DNA from: Chrysomallon squamiferum
Taxonomy: Eukaryota > Animalia > Mollusca
Assembly (NCBI GenBank): GCA_012295275.1
Contig: CM022672.1
Span: forward strand, 17,174,001 to 17,238,000
DNA length: 64,000 nucleotides
Direction of reading: 5' to 3'
Position numbers and translations under genes: made by a program. The notes below the pieces were generated by a model. That model saw nothing but the letters and a program-made list of their open reading frames with translations. It did not search any database and was not told the origin of the DNA. Below, piece by piece: positions 26,801 through 40,900 of the stretch. Position 1 is the first letter of the stretch, and each line of letters opens with the position of its first letter.

Positions 26801-29521
26801 AGAACACGACGGTTTTGTCCATACTGCAGATTAAAACGCTGTTTTCAGATTGGAATGAAAAAGGACATGATACTTGGTAAGTGCTGATTACATCCTCACC
26901 TGTGGTATTAGTAGCATTTATGGTCAAACATTAACATTATTAGTTTGAAAATATCTCCTGATAATGAGTGTTTTTTTGCAAAAAATAGACATTAGAACTT
27001 TGAATATTAATGTGCATACCATTTTAATATTTTAAGGAATACCTTTTGAGACACAGTTTATTACCTAAACTAGGCATATTTGAAAACTTCAGTTTATGTA
27101 TATAAATTATCTGAATATTTTTAAAAGATGTTAGGATCTAGTCATTTCCATATCAGCAAACAGTTAACGAATGGAGAAGTGAATATCTGGGAATAGTTTT
27201 TGTGACATGATTATTATGTGCCAGATAAATGGTTATCACATATTATGATAATAATTTCTTAAGAATTAGCAGCAAGGAATCTTTTTTAGACCTGCACATA
27301 TGGATTTTGAATAACGCAACATCTGGAAATGACTGGAACAATGTATTCAGAGGATAGTTTCTGCACACCACTATGCCAGCTGTTTAACCACTGAACCAAG
27401 CTTTTGGCTATCAAATCTGGTTTTGTTTACCAACAATGTTGTCTCAATTATAAAAATAGGGTTTGGGAAAAAATATTTTTAGCAAAAGAGCAACATGACA
27501 TTGTAATCAAACAACATTGAAATAATCAATATCAGTGAATTATTCTTTACATCTTTTTCTCCTTCCTTGTCACTTGATTACATTTACACTGGGAAGACTT
27601 TTCTGTGTTAGTTCATTTTACAGCCAATACTTTTCATTCTTGCAGTTTTACTTGTTTGGCTTCTTTCAATCGACTAGTTCTGAAAAACAAATTAGTTTTT
27701 TGTATAATCACTGTTTTATGTATTCTTTCTAAGATAGTAGGAATGCTTCTTTTCTTTATGCTGAAGGAATAGACAAAATGTGAGAAAAAAAAGTTAAGTA
27801 ACAAAAAAGGTCTGAATATGGATGCTCATTGTCATAAGAAAGAAAAAATATTTTTTCTAAGATCTTTTGTGACAACGTTAAAAACTTTTTTTAGAATGCT
27901 GATAGAATATTATGATTCTCAGATTGATGCCGATATTATAATTTAAATTTCAACTGCTTTAGAAATGAGCCTTTATGTTAATTGATGTAAACTGATAATT
28001 GTCAGGTTTTAGTGACAAATGTATTACTGAATTTTCAACAATTGATTGATAAAACTATTTGTTACATAAAACATCAGCTGAAAACATAAAATAACAAACA
28101 AAAAAAATGCCTGAATTCTGATTTTTAAATAATGAGGTCATATAAGTATAAGAGGTCATATAAGTACAGTATTATATGCAAATAAATCCTGATTAAAATA
28201 CTAAACATGATTGTTCAAACAAAAAGGACAAAAAACTTGTAACAAATATGTCATTTACTTCTGTTTTATGTTATTTAATTTAGTAACAGATGCTTAAATT
28301 TTTTTATGAATTAACATTTATTACTTTTTTATATTACCATCCTACACAGAAATTGATGGCAAATCAAGGGAGAGGCAGTAGGTTTATGATCAACATAATA
28401 AAAAGTTAACCATGAAAATTAAAATGCCATATGCATTTGTTGTCATTAAGTATTAGTCTGTTTCAGTGTTGGATGTAAATGTAGATAATTTTCATTACTG
28501 CTACATTCTGAAAGGATTTTCTGTTCAAATTATCTGTATTATTTGGCTTGTTGTAGATGACCAAGAGAAGAAGGCAAGAATGGCAAAAGTGTTAGAAAAC
28601 CGTGTGAAAAGACAAATTCCTATGAACACAATGGTGATAAAAGAGGAACCCCAAGATCCAGAAATGCCAAAAGTTGAATCCTCATGTATTTATTCTCCAC
28701 CAATGGAGCAGGACATGGATGAGTCTTCAGTTGATAGTAAACCATCAAGTGCATCTAACCTGGGAAAACCTTTCCGCCCCATTCCCAAGGAAGAAAGATC
28801 CACAGATCCAAGCCTTTACAGACGCTTAACACCCAGTGAAGCCAAACTGGTTGATGAAGTTGGAAATATGTATTCGACAACTGTAGGAAGTTTCATCATG
28901 ATGCCTGAAGATGTCCTCAAACCTGATACCTATAAAAGTGTTACTGCTTTAGTGAACCACTCAGAGATTGCTGTGAGAAGAATTATTAAATTTGTCAAAA
29001 GGCTTGAAGACTTTCGCAGACTCTCCCAAGAAGACCAGATTAGTGCTCTTAAGGCTTCTGTGCTCAATGCTCTTGTTATTCGATCAGCTTTCTTTTATAT
29101 TCTTGACCGAGATGCCTGGCTTACAGCCAAGGGAGAAATTTCCACAAATATTCTGAAGCAAGCCACAGGCTATTTTGAACTACATGACTCTCACATCAAA
29201 TACTGTCATGCAATGAAGAACATCATGCAAGATGACAGTGTCCTCTTTGCTCTTGCTCTCATCATTGCACTGTTCAATCCAAATGCAAACGGAATCAAAG
29301 AACGTCAATTGATGGCTGACATACAGGACAAATATGTGATTCTTCTGAAGCACTATCTTGAGTCTGAAATGTCATATGAACATTCAAGAGAGTATTTTGT
29401 GGCCGTCCTGGCAAAACTGAATGAACTGCGCACTATAAGTGATGATCATGCTAAGGTACTGCTTCAGGTAAATCCACATTCTATTGAGCCTCTTTTGCTG
29501 GAAATTTTCAACTTAAAATAG
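22811..29521 (+). CDS. HR96: Nuclear hormone receptor, NR1J (HR96/DAF-12/NHR-8-like; sister to VDR/PXR/CAR), 446 aa
   Basis: Exons 22811-22828 (MADEVE), 25851-26090, 26759-26876 and 28557-29521, all GT-AG and phase-compatible (0,0,1). Zinc finger 1 [27 protein letters not shown] has the NR1J-diagnostic P-box ESCKA. Zinc finger 2 is [33 protein letters not shown] signature [23 protein letters not shown]-2 PLLLEIF. Exon 1 is the least certain. Confidence 0.93.
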
Positions 29522-32500
29522 ACATTGTAAACAATAAAGAAGCAATTAACAGATGGGGGAGACAATAATTAATGGATTTTAACACACTGTATCTTTTGAC
29601 AAGTAAACAGACAGGAAAAAAATAATTTACAGTGTCATTGAGCTTAACGTGTACAACAAAAAAAAAGAAACAATAATATTACATATTCATCTTTAAGCAA
29701 AGATCTGGTTCACACGTTGATCCATGATAAATACTTTTTGTGCATGTGAGCTTATTACTTTATTGTTGATATTCTGTAGAGAAACACTTAGAATATGAAA
29801 TACTGCACAAAAATTATTCAGAGTCTAATGTTTAAAATTGATAGGTAAAGTGATTTACACTGGCCAGGTGTAATTTTCAGAGATGATAATTTAAAATACA
29901 TATATATATATATATATAGATATGTATATATTTGTTGTATTTTGTGGCAGAAATTCTGGTGCACTGTTGTTTTGTTGGTTAGTGGTTATTTCAGTTTATG
30001 CCTGTGCAATGCACACATAATGTACCTCTGGATGGGAATGTTGCATTGCACATTTAGTGCCTTAATCAGTTTGGCTTGTTAGAATGTCTATTATGCACAT
30101 AATTATTGTTTGTTAAGAATAACTTTTTATTACATTTTTACTGGTTAATCATGAAAACACATGATCATAGATTTATATTGTAAATCACACATGCCTTTGT
30201 CAGTGTGTATAATGTTCAATGAAAAATAAATATGGGAAATTAAAAGCAGATAATGTAAGGCAGCAGTCATATAATTTGTGAAGTATCTGTACCTATAGCT
30301 GCAGAATGAAATACCGGTATATATATGTACATACATATATAGATAGTAATATTTTTAATAGTTGTCTTAGAGCACAGTTTAAATTAAATATATATATCAT
30401 CATTGAAAGTTATGCATGACAAAGTTAATATTTAAACATTAGTTGTGATAATATTGCATATTGTTTTTATCTCCTTTTCTTAGTGCTATTTATAAATATA
30501 TTTATGGAGGGGTGTTCATGTATTTCGTTCTTGTTTTTTTTTTTTTTGCTTTTGGGGTTTTCTGTTTGTTTTTTAAATTATTTTATTCTTTTTTTAGATT
30601 TTTGGATTATGAATTAAAATGTTTTTGAATAAGCTTCTGAAACAGGTTGTGAAGTTGTAGATTTATTAAGAGACACACACACACATACACACACACACAC
30701 ACACAATGTACATTTACAGACACATCATAAATGCATGCATACATAACTGCATACATTATCATAATGATTATATTAAATATTAGTGCTCTGAATTTATCAG
30801 GAATGCCTAAATCGATAGATTCACAGTTTCCAACATTTCTATGGTCATTTAAACCCTTTTTTTTAATTTTAAAAATCTAATTTTCTTTCTTTATTTATCT
30901 ATTTAAAAGGCTGGTGTGCTTTTAGTTTTTAATTTTTTGTATTGCTTTTTTTAGTTTTGAATTTTATTTTCTATATCTAATAATTGTTTTAATTAATTCA
31001 GTAGTTTATAAGAGAAGCTGTAGATTTAAAATAGGAATTTTAACAGCACTAAGCAGTGTTCAGTTGTTTAATTTTTTATTGTTTTTGGGGGAAGGGTTTG
31101 TTTTTTTTGTTGTTATTGTTTGGGTTTTTTTGGTCCCTAAGTATATAATGTTCCTAATTTCTCTGAGTGCTTTAAAAATAATTATGTTTACATTCCACTA
31201 AAAAAAATATATGTATATATATTTCACTTGAAATACAGTTTCTCTGATATCTCACAGAACAGGACAAAAAATCTGCAATAGCAAAATTACTGGAGTTGTT
31301 TAGACATCAGTCTGACATTTTGGAATGTTAGTCCTTCACAATGGCATGGGAACTAAATACATAATTGAAGAGTGTTTGACAAAGGTGTGCTGTAATTTAT
31401 TACAGTAAGATGTCACACAAGCAACTTTTTTTGTGAATAGCAAGATAATCGAGCATTGCAAGGCTTAATTATTGTTATTTATTATTAAATATACTATTTG
31501 TATGTAAACAAAACAAGTATTTAATTTTAAAAAAATGACTAAAGTAAAAATTTCTGTTTGTCAGTGTTTTTTTAATAAACTAAGTAGTCATTAATTGTAG
31601 TTTTATTAATGAATATAAAACAGGTAATATATATAACAGCACCACATGTTGTGTTATTTTAGTTTTAATAGTTACTATATTCTGAATTCATCAGTGTGGA
31701 TATAGTTTGTCTATTTTTCATGATTTTTATTTTTTATTTTTTTTTTATTAATAATAAACTCAGTTTTTGTTTTTATGTATATATAATGATATTAGAATTT
31801 TACACTTCACCCACTTTCGGTGTTGTAAATTAAGTGCCATATCTGATATACCTGAAACATTTTGTACATCATTTGTTTCCTGAATTATTGCTCAGAGTTT
31901 TGTTTTGTAAATAGGTGATATTTTATTTTTGACTTCAGCCTACTGAAATAAACCTTTATCTGTACATTTTATATAACCATGCGAGTGATAAAACTGCTAC
32001 TAAATGTACAAAAATAGTCATTTAAAAATAATAAAAATAAAACCCAACCATTTATTTTATTATTAGAATGTTTTTAGAAAGATCATTTATTTTGTACCTA
32101 TGTATTGCTTGATCTGTTAATGACATTTTTATTTAGTTTTCATTTCCTTTATGTATGTATGTATGTGTGTGTGTATTATATACATAAAAGAAAGAAAACA
32201 TTTCAAGCAAAACCATAGTGGCCTGAAATTACACTGGATTAACTATAAAGATATCATGCTTAATTTTTAACTTTTTGTTAAAAAAAAAAGTAAATTTTTT
32301 TTGTTTCCATTCCTTTTATCTTTTTTTTTAAATTAATGAAAAACAAACTGTTGCTCTAGTTATTTGTTTTTTTGGTGAGGGTGTTCAGATTTCTCTCTAT
32401 TTTTTTTTCCTCTTTTCCTTTTTTCTTTTTTTTTTTTTTTTTTTTTTTTTCTCTGCTTCTTCTTCTTTTGTACAGGCAGTAAAAGGCTTTCTAAATACAA

Positions 32501-35500
32501 TCAAGTTATGTCATATGTGTACCAAAACTTGTAGATATTTAAAATGTAAAAGTTTATAATTAAAACATTCTTGTTTATTTGAGAACATTTAGCTTATTTA
32601 ATGAATTGAAACTTTAAACAAAACTTTAAAATTCACTGGTAAGCCAATAATAATTTACTCAAATTAGAAATATTTTGAAGAAATTTATCAAGTAGAAAAG
32701 ATTAAAAGTTACTGTTTTAAAATTTGTTTTTCTTCCTTCAGAAATCTGTATGTACTTGAATTGATGTTTGTGTGTGCATGTATATATGCATATGCAATCC
32801 CTTCATATTTTTTGTTGACAGATGGGTCTTTATAATTAATTTGATTTCAGAAGTTCCATGTGATACACTGATGTTAATTCTTTCTTTTTTATTAAATCTA
32901 AACTAACAAATTTTATTGAATAAGACAACATAGAACAAATGGAAATGTGTAAAATTTTGAAAAATTCTTAGCTGAATTCAGCTCTCTCTCTCTTCTCTTT
33001 CCATTTCTTGATACTTCAGTTAAGTGATGTTTTCAGTCTCAATACATGAAATCTAATTCTTCTTTGAAATTTTAATGTATTTTCCCTTTTCACCCCTTTC
33101 TCCCAATCAGTGGCATATCTAGACTGTCATTCCTATTTTTATTATCCTCAGAGGTAATCATTTAATTTTATATCTGCAAACAGTACATCAATCACTGGAG
33201 AGCCAAGCAGACTGTCTTCTTTTGTTATTTCCTGCTTCCATACTTTCCTTTTTTATTATTATTATTATTTGCATAGAAGGGACTTTTCTCCCCAACAACA
33301 TTGATGAAATGTAAAATAACAAAAATAATCTAAATACTTAGTATAAGTTCTGATAATGATTTTTTATTTTTTATTTGCTAAGTTTATAAACATTAATTTA
33401 TTTTTATTTTTTTTTTATTAGAAATTAATAAAGCATTTGATCATTTTATCTTTTCTAAAACTAGTACATACTGTACTGAGAAATCCATAGCTTTCAACAT
33501 TTGTAAACATCTATAATAATGCAGGTAATTATTATTCCTCAGGTATTTTGAAATCTTCATGTTAAGCTTTCATTAAGACCCCTCTCACCAAATTGTTGAT
33601 TGTACATATAAAGCATATACACTTGTGTCTCAAATCATAGTTGTATTCCAGCAATTCCATGGAGCAATCTGTTTAAAATAAGATGCAAGCATGAATGTAT
33701 ATAACTTTCTTTTTCTTTTTTCTTGTGTTTTCCTTTTCACAAATCATTCTTTTAAAAGCTGAATCTGCCTTGAATAAAAGGCAGATTTATGAAGGGTTTT
33801 TAATTTGGTCTGTATATGGCTTCAGAATCGGATTACTATTTTCAAAGTTTTCTTAATGTTTCTTCCTACTACATTTATTGTCTTAGTTTCATGTTTAATG
33901 GTAATAAAATATTTTATGATGGACTATATTTAAAATAACACATTTTATAGAGATACCTCACTGATTAAACAGATTATATTGATCTCTCTAGCAAAGATAA
34001 TGTTGCATTACCTTACAGTAAAAAGAAAGACGTAGCTTGAAAAAGTTTTTTAAATTTTAACTTTAGAATTTATATTTCTTTCTTTACTAATGACGAAAAT
34101 TTGGGTGTCTTGGATGCATTATTTCATTTATATATAGTTACTTATTTCTGTTTTATTTATTTAGCTTTTCAATTAAGATTTTCTTTCTTCTTTATTTTTT
34201 TTTTCCCTACTTTTTTTAAAGATGTTACTACAGGTATATTTCCAATGATATTCCATTTTGAATTGAATTTATTTATTTAATATTTTTGTTCCTTTTGGTT
34301 GTTTTTTATTTATTTTTATTTTATTTTATTTTATTTTATTTTGGAAATCCTTGAGTGTACAAAAGCTGAAGTAGATGATAATTAATATTGTATATACAGT
34401 GTCTTTAGTGCAGTAGTTTTATAGGTTTAATTAGTTAGTGCAGAATACATGGTTCAGTTGGACCATTAATATAATCACTTTGTTGCTTTGTGCTTATTGG
34501 TGCCATTGCTTTTTCTTGTCTGTTTTTTTTTGTTTTGTTTTTATTTCATTTTATTTTATTTTATTTTATTTTTGTTAATCACTTCTTAATTGCCCATATG
34601 ACATGAAATATGTTGAATTTTTAAATTTTATATTTATATATGTGTATGTGTGCACACACGCATATTTTATGTACCTGTATTACATGATACCATTAGCTTG
34701 CTGTTGTGGTGCATCTGTGAATTATATCTTTGTGAATGATCATTAACCTGTCAAAAAAAAAAAAAAAAAAAATATTTTTCTTTAGTAATGTTTAATTTAT
34801 TATATGTCACATTTTTTCAAAATTTGTATGATTTAGTATACACTGTTATCAGTAAAGAGAGTTGCTGCCAGATGCAGAATTAAGGTTTCAGCATTTTGAT
34901 GTGTATTACATAATTGTACAAGTTTCTTTTTTTTAATAACTCTTCTTGACTAGAAGTTGGAAGAGCTGTTAGAAATACCAAATTTTTCTTAAGTTTGTTA
35001 ACATAAATTTGAATTGTTATTTGCTAAAATTATTTTATTATTTGCTGCACATGATTGGTTCCCAAATAAACGGTGAAATGTTTTGTTTTCTTTAGTGCTA
35101 ATGTAACTGATTTTACAGGTTTTTGAGATGACGGTCTCCTTGAGACATATTTTATTGAAGTTTGTTGTTGTTGGTTTTAGATAGTAAAAATAGTTATATT
35201 AGACATTCAAGTCTTTAAAAAATAATGCTTCTGTATTTGTGGCTGTGGGACATTTTCATCTTTATTGACCACATTTTTTTTTTTTTTTTTTCCATTAAAG
35301 TGTACCACAGATGATTTGTACAGATGTTCACAATATATTTTAATTATGAAGAAGTAATTTTTATGTTTGTTTCTAGTGACTAATTTATGTCAGTACTAAG
35401 ATAGGACAATATAATGATAAACTATTATAAAAAATATTTTATTGAATGTAATTTGAATTGTGTTAATTTTTTTTTAAGTTGCTGAAAATTAATAGACTTC

Positions 35501-36150
35501 TTTACAATATTTTATTCATTCTTATTCACGTGGCAATTGTTATTTAAAAAAAAAAAAAAAAAAGTTTTAATTATAATCCTAACTTGCAAAGAATGATAAC
35601 CAGAAATATATAAAACAGTACATATATTGCCTAATATACATTTTGAAAAGATAACAATTATATTATTTCATATATATATATATATATATAGTGTTTAATT
35701 TTATTATTTCATGTATGTGCATTAGCTGCATGTTGAAAGATTAAGAGACAATCTCTGTTACATGTACAAACTAATTTACTTTATCTACAGTTAATTCATA
35801 TTCGTTTTTTTTTTTTTAAATTTGGTTTGTTAATTGTAATTTTTATACAATAGCTGAAAACATTTAACATGTTTAACCATCCACAAGTGAATTGTTCTAA
35901 TTTTAATTTAATAAATATATAAAGCAGATTTTATTTTGCAATTATATTGCTTTTGCATAGACAAATACATTATTCTTTTGTGTAAAATTAAAAATGTATC
36001 TTTTAAAGTGTACCTCTGATGATACAAATAACCTAAATGTTTCCATGTAATTTTTTGTTTAATTCTTATGCCATAATTACTACTACTTTTAAAGTATGCC
36101 AATAAAATACCAAACTTGCAAATAATTTGATATTCTCTTTCATTCTTTTT

Positions 36151-36181
<31 letters not shown>

Positions 36182-36820
36182 TATATTATTTGATGTCATT
36201 TGGTACAGAGAAAGGTGTATATATTTAATCATAACAGACTGAGGTTGTGAGTGTGTGACTGCTTGCTAAACATATACTCACACTGTTCAGGTATTTTACA
36301 TGTAATGATGAAAAAGGCAATGTCAAAATTACTGGTATTTTATAGTCAATAAAACAAACAAAACAAAAACTACATAGGTCATTTGTTCAAACCATCTCAG
36401 GTTCACTTTAATACAGCTAACTTAATGTAACTGTTAACATTTCTGTTTTTATACTTGTTTTGAGATACTTACTATAGCAGTATGTGTATCACTGTTAGTT
36501 AATTTTAAAAAGTGCCATATTGTGAAAGATAATGTTTATTTGATTACTACATTTAAAAAATAAAAATGAGGTGTGCCTAAACTAATACAAATTATCTTGA
36601 AAACTGTTTTCTAAGATTGTTATAAAACCAGGGTTTGAGCTCATGTTTTTTTTCTTTTTCTTTTTTTTCTAATTATTATTATTATTTTTATTATTATTAT
36701 GCTTATTTTTTAACAGTTCTGTTAATCTTCTTAATGTTTTTTTTTTCTTGCTGTTGAAAGTGAAAAACAAATATAAATGTAACTAGTGTTTTTATTGAGA
36801 TTCTTAATCTTGTTAGTCAG

Positions 36821-36875
<55 letters not shown>

Positions 36876-37640
36876 TTTTTTTCCAAACAGTTAATTTCAT
36901 TTACGTAGTACAAAAATACTCAACTTGTTAATATAGAGATGCATATTTTCTAGCCATTCTAATTACAAATTACACAAAATACAATTATGAATTTTTGTAA
37001 TTACTCTGATTATTTCTGTTTATCAAAATATTTAAAAATATAAAATATAGAATACATATATACTGAACTCAGCATTATCAAATAACATGGTCTGGACAGA
37101 GATTTTTTATGACATAAAAATGGCAAATTATTAACTATTTGTATTGATTTTAAAAAAAAAAAAAAAAAAAAAAATGCTTACAAATAACACTTTTGGAAAA
37201 ATATCTCGTTGATCATTTATTTAAAAGTTTTATTTTTATAAAATGATGTTAAATAATCTTTATTTCTCAGAAGAGATAGCTCATAAAATTTTGATTACAT
37301 TAATTATAAATATATTTACATACAGATATATATGCACAAGTATCAGAATTTGTGCCATAAAGTTGTTTTTTTTTGTTGTTTTTTTAAATACAATTTTCTA
37401 AATATTACATTAGTATATAGGTATAATGAATATTTAGAACATCAGTAATATGTACATATATTTGCATTTTGATGTCTACTGGATTCATAAGGTACATTTG
37501 AAATACCAAAAGTCCTTTTAAATTTGTGTTAACTGGCATATATAAGAAATTTGGGTAAACTTATTAAAAAAGGAAATGCAAATGAAATAAAATAGCTGTT
37601 TAATCATGTTTCGTATTAACATTGTTGATATATGTACATA
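29522..37640 (+). other. Putative long 3'UTR of the NR1J gene
   Basis: U-rich, CpG-depleted and without recognisable exons. Multiple miRNA seed matches. Candidate AATAAA at 36101 and 37586. The true end is uncertain. Confidence 0.4.
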
Positions 37641-37750
37641 AAACTTTTACTGAAAAATGTGAATGGCTTTGTTAGAATAGTTGATGGAACACGTCAGTTT
37701 GCAAAAGTTTTCTCAAGTTTGGTCACTGAAGTATGTTAATTTCATAACAG

Positions 37751-37935
37751 TACAGTCAAACCTGCATTAAAGAGCAATTGAATGGAACATCTTTAAACTA
37801 AAATTTTAAACAAATCACATTCACTGTCAGATGTAAACCAGGTAATCTCTACTTATAACAGGAGTTTATGTAGAATAAATGTATAGGCATGATGATGTAT
37901 TAAAAGTTATGGCTGCAGTGTTAGGTTTGACTGTA
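37751..37935. mobile_element. MITE, Tc1/mariner-pogo type, 185 bp
   Basis: Perfect 13-bp inverted ends including the TA target duplication: TACAGTCAAACCT (37751-37763) and AGGTTTGACTGTA (37923-37935). Confidence 0.75.
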
Positions 37936-40900
37936 TTTGTGACCTGCAGAGGGTGGAAGAGCCCAAAACAATTTGAATACAGTAACTTGTATGTAAATTA
38001 TCATGTTAATATTTCAGATGTCTTTTCTCTTGTACAAATACCAGGTTTTGGCTACACTCTCAGTGAAACTGCTGTCTGTTGCTACTATTTGTTATATAAT
38101 TACATGCTTGTGATAAAGGAAAATGCAAAACCTTGAACTTGATTTTGTTTGTTCTTTTTTTTTTTCTTTTCTGTTAGCCTATTGATTCATTCAAAATATC
38201 AATAACTCTGAGATGGAAGTGTTAGAAATTCAATTGAACACGTTGAAAGATTTATTACTGGTCGAACAATGGAAACATTAAAATGAACTGATATGGATAC
38301 CTTGAACACTTTAAACACTACCTAATATTTACACTGTTTCAGTAACATTACAAATTTACTGTTAGTTTACAATTTCATTATTTATATGTAATGGTAATTT
38401 ATAATTCTGGTCATGATTTCAAAACTTTGGACATGTATATTTATTGATGGCAGCTCAACATGTTACAGTAAAGTTATTAGGTGTAAAATACAGTTTCTGC
38501 ATGAAAAAAAGAATAGGAAAAAGTTACTTTCTGACCATGACCTAATTTATTAGCAATTTTTGTATTAGACTGGATGAACATTAATTAGATTTGACTGGAA
38601 TATTACATTAATAGATAATTAAATACATAGATAATTATTAATTGGTGACCATAATCAATCTTTTTTCAAATAAAACCTGAAGGTATTGTCAATCAAAATG
38701 TATAAAAATCTTAAAGGATTAAATTCACATTGTAGTGATTGAATGAAGGTATTTATCTGTTCCTCAGCCTACAGAGTATTGATTATTTTCCTTGAACATA
38801 ATTAATATTGATCTACTGGCATAGTTATATTACCAACAAGAACAAAATGCATATCTATTTAATTGTTTGGGTTGTTTGAGGTTTTTTTTTAATTCACAAT
38901 TATTATGAACTTTTAAGTCATCGTCATTATAATTACTTTTAACATGTTATCCATACTATATTCAAATTTGCTAGTTCTTTGTTGGTATCACTTGAGTATT
39001 TGATTATGGTAATTGAGCCCAAAATGCTCTTGCCATTTTTAATACCCTTCTTTCTGTTTTATAAAAGAAGAAAATATTTTATTGTATCTCAACCAGTATC
39101 GATTATTTTCAGCCATAAGTTGTCAAACTGAATTAGAATGCTTGGTCACAAGCCATTAAAGACAGTTCTATTCTAGACACTTATGGCTACAAATTAGCTT
39201 CAGTTTTCAATTTCCAGTATCACTGGATCCTTGGTGAACTTTCAAGACTTATGTTGAGTTTGAAAGTACATAAAATAAAGCTGTTTATCCAAGTTGCAGA
39301 AATTGATTCAGTACTGCTTTTTGTTTTAAATGTTTATCATCAGGCTAATGACTATCCATAATCAATTTCAACTGAATTGAGCCTACTCAGTTTAATTCAA
39401 GAAATGTTTCTTTACAATATCTGATCAATATCTTCACATTCATTGTGTATTGGAAAATATGGATACAGTGTTTTTCATGGACTACTCCTACAGAATACAA
39501 GCAGTCTCTTCCTTTTTAAAGATACACCACAGCCTTTGATATAGATAGAGCACTTGCAAATGCTTATAAAAATTAATTTTCACATCAAGAGTCTGTGAGT
39601 TATTTTCGGAGTTCTCAAAGACAGATGTGTGGAATGGGGTTATACTTATAATGCCCATCTTATTGATTCAGACTGTAGATCACTCATGGAATTAAAAAAA
39701 GAGGAAGACATATTCACAGTTGATTATAAAACTAAAATAAACTGTCCACTGAATTATTTCATTAAAGATAGATGAAAAACTTCGTAGTACTATCTGAAGA
39801 ATGATTAGTTCATGTAGAAGTCTTGAATTCTAATCATGTCATCATAATTCTAATTTACAGATAAATGAGGTAATTTTATAATCTTTTAAAATTCTTATGC
39901 TGTATTAAGCAGAAGAAAAAAACAGAGTATGTTTGAACTAAAGCAACTGCACTCAAGTCTAAATTGCCTACTAAAGCTTAGCAATCATGGAAGAAAATAC
40001 ATATTTATTTTATCTAATTATTTGACAATTACAGTGACTGGCACAGTTCCCAGAAAAAGTTAAAGAGCCACAGCATTTGATTAAGTTTTATTAACTTTAT
40101 TTAACTGTACCATGTTGTATAAGATCTAATATTTACAGGGGTCCTTTGGAAATCTTGACCTCCAAGTCTGCTGGTCAAAATGTTTTTGTGTATAAGGCAA
40201 TGCAGTCAAGTTAATATTAACATGACAAACATTCCAGAATAGTTTTGGTCTGATTCCTTCAACTGTTAATTTATAAGCTATTATATAATTTGATGAGGGT
40301 TGCATTAAATGACATGTGGGGCCATAATTTGAAGGAAAAAAAAAAGACACACTGACATGAACTAATTTATGATGTATTGAACTGTTGATATATCAATTTA
40401 ATAATGTACAAAAAAAAAAAAAAATATTGGTACAACAATAATGATGAATAAGTGCGATTCCCAGCAGAATTATGTGAATATCTGGAAAAATATGAAGGTA
40501 TGATATGGCAAGCTGCATGCCAAGACAATATTAATAGGTTAATTTACAAAATCTAAGTATGATATCAAGTTATCAACAAAGCCTAGTGAACTCTCAGTCT
40601 CCTGGCATTTAGCCAGTTCCTGCCAGGGCTATTTTCTTGTGACAAGTCAAAATAAAGTGGAATAGATGTCATGTACAGTTCTCCAGTTTAAAGGTAAAAT
40701 GTAATTTCTTTTCCCAAACATACTATTATGAATGCATTGCTCAGAGTTACATTTCAACCCCAAGGCATACATTACAGTAATAAACCAAGAAAAATATGAG
40801 ACAAATAATATGAATGAAATATTTGAGGAAACAATTTTAAAGACAGTTTGCCAGTATTTAGTGCAGTGCCATGTTAAACCAGCACTGAGTTTGATGCTAA

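Noticed and set aside
38215-38281. Small ORF MEVLEIQLNTLKDLLLVEQWKH after an acceptor-like tract
   Set aside because: Too short to distinguish from chance, and it has no linked exons.
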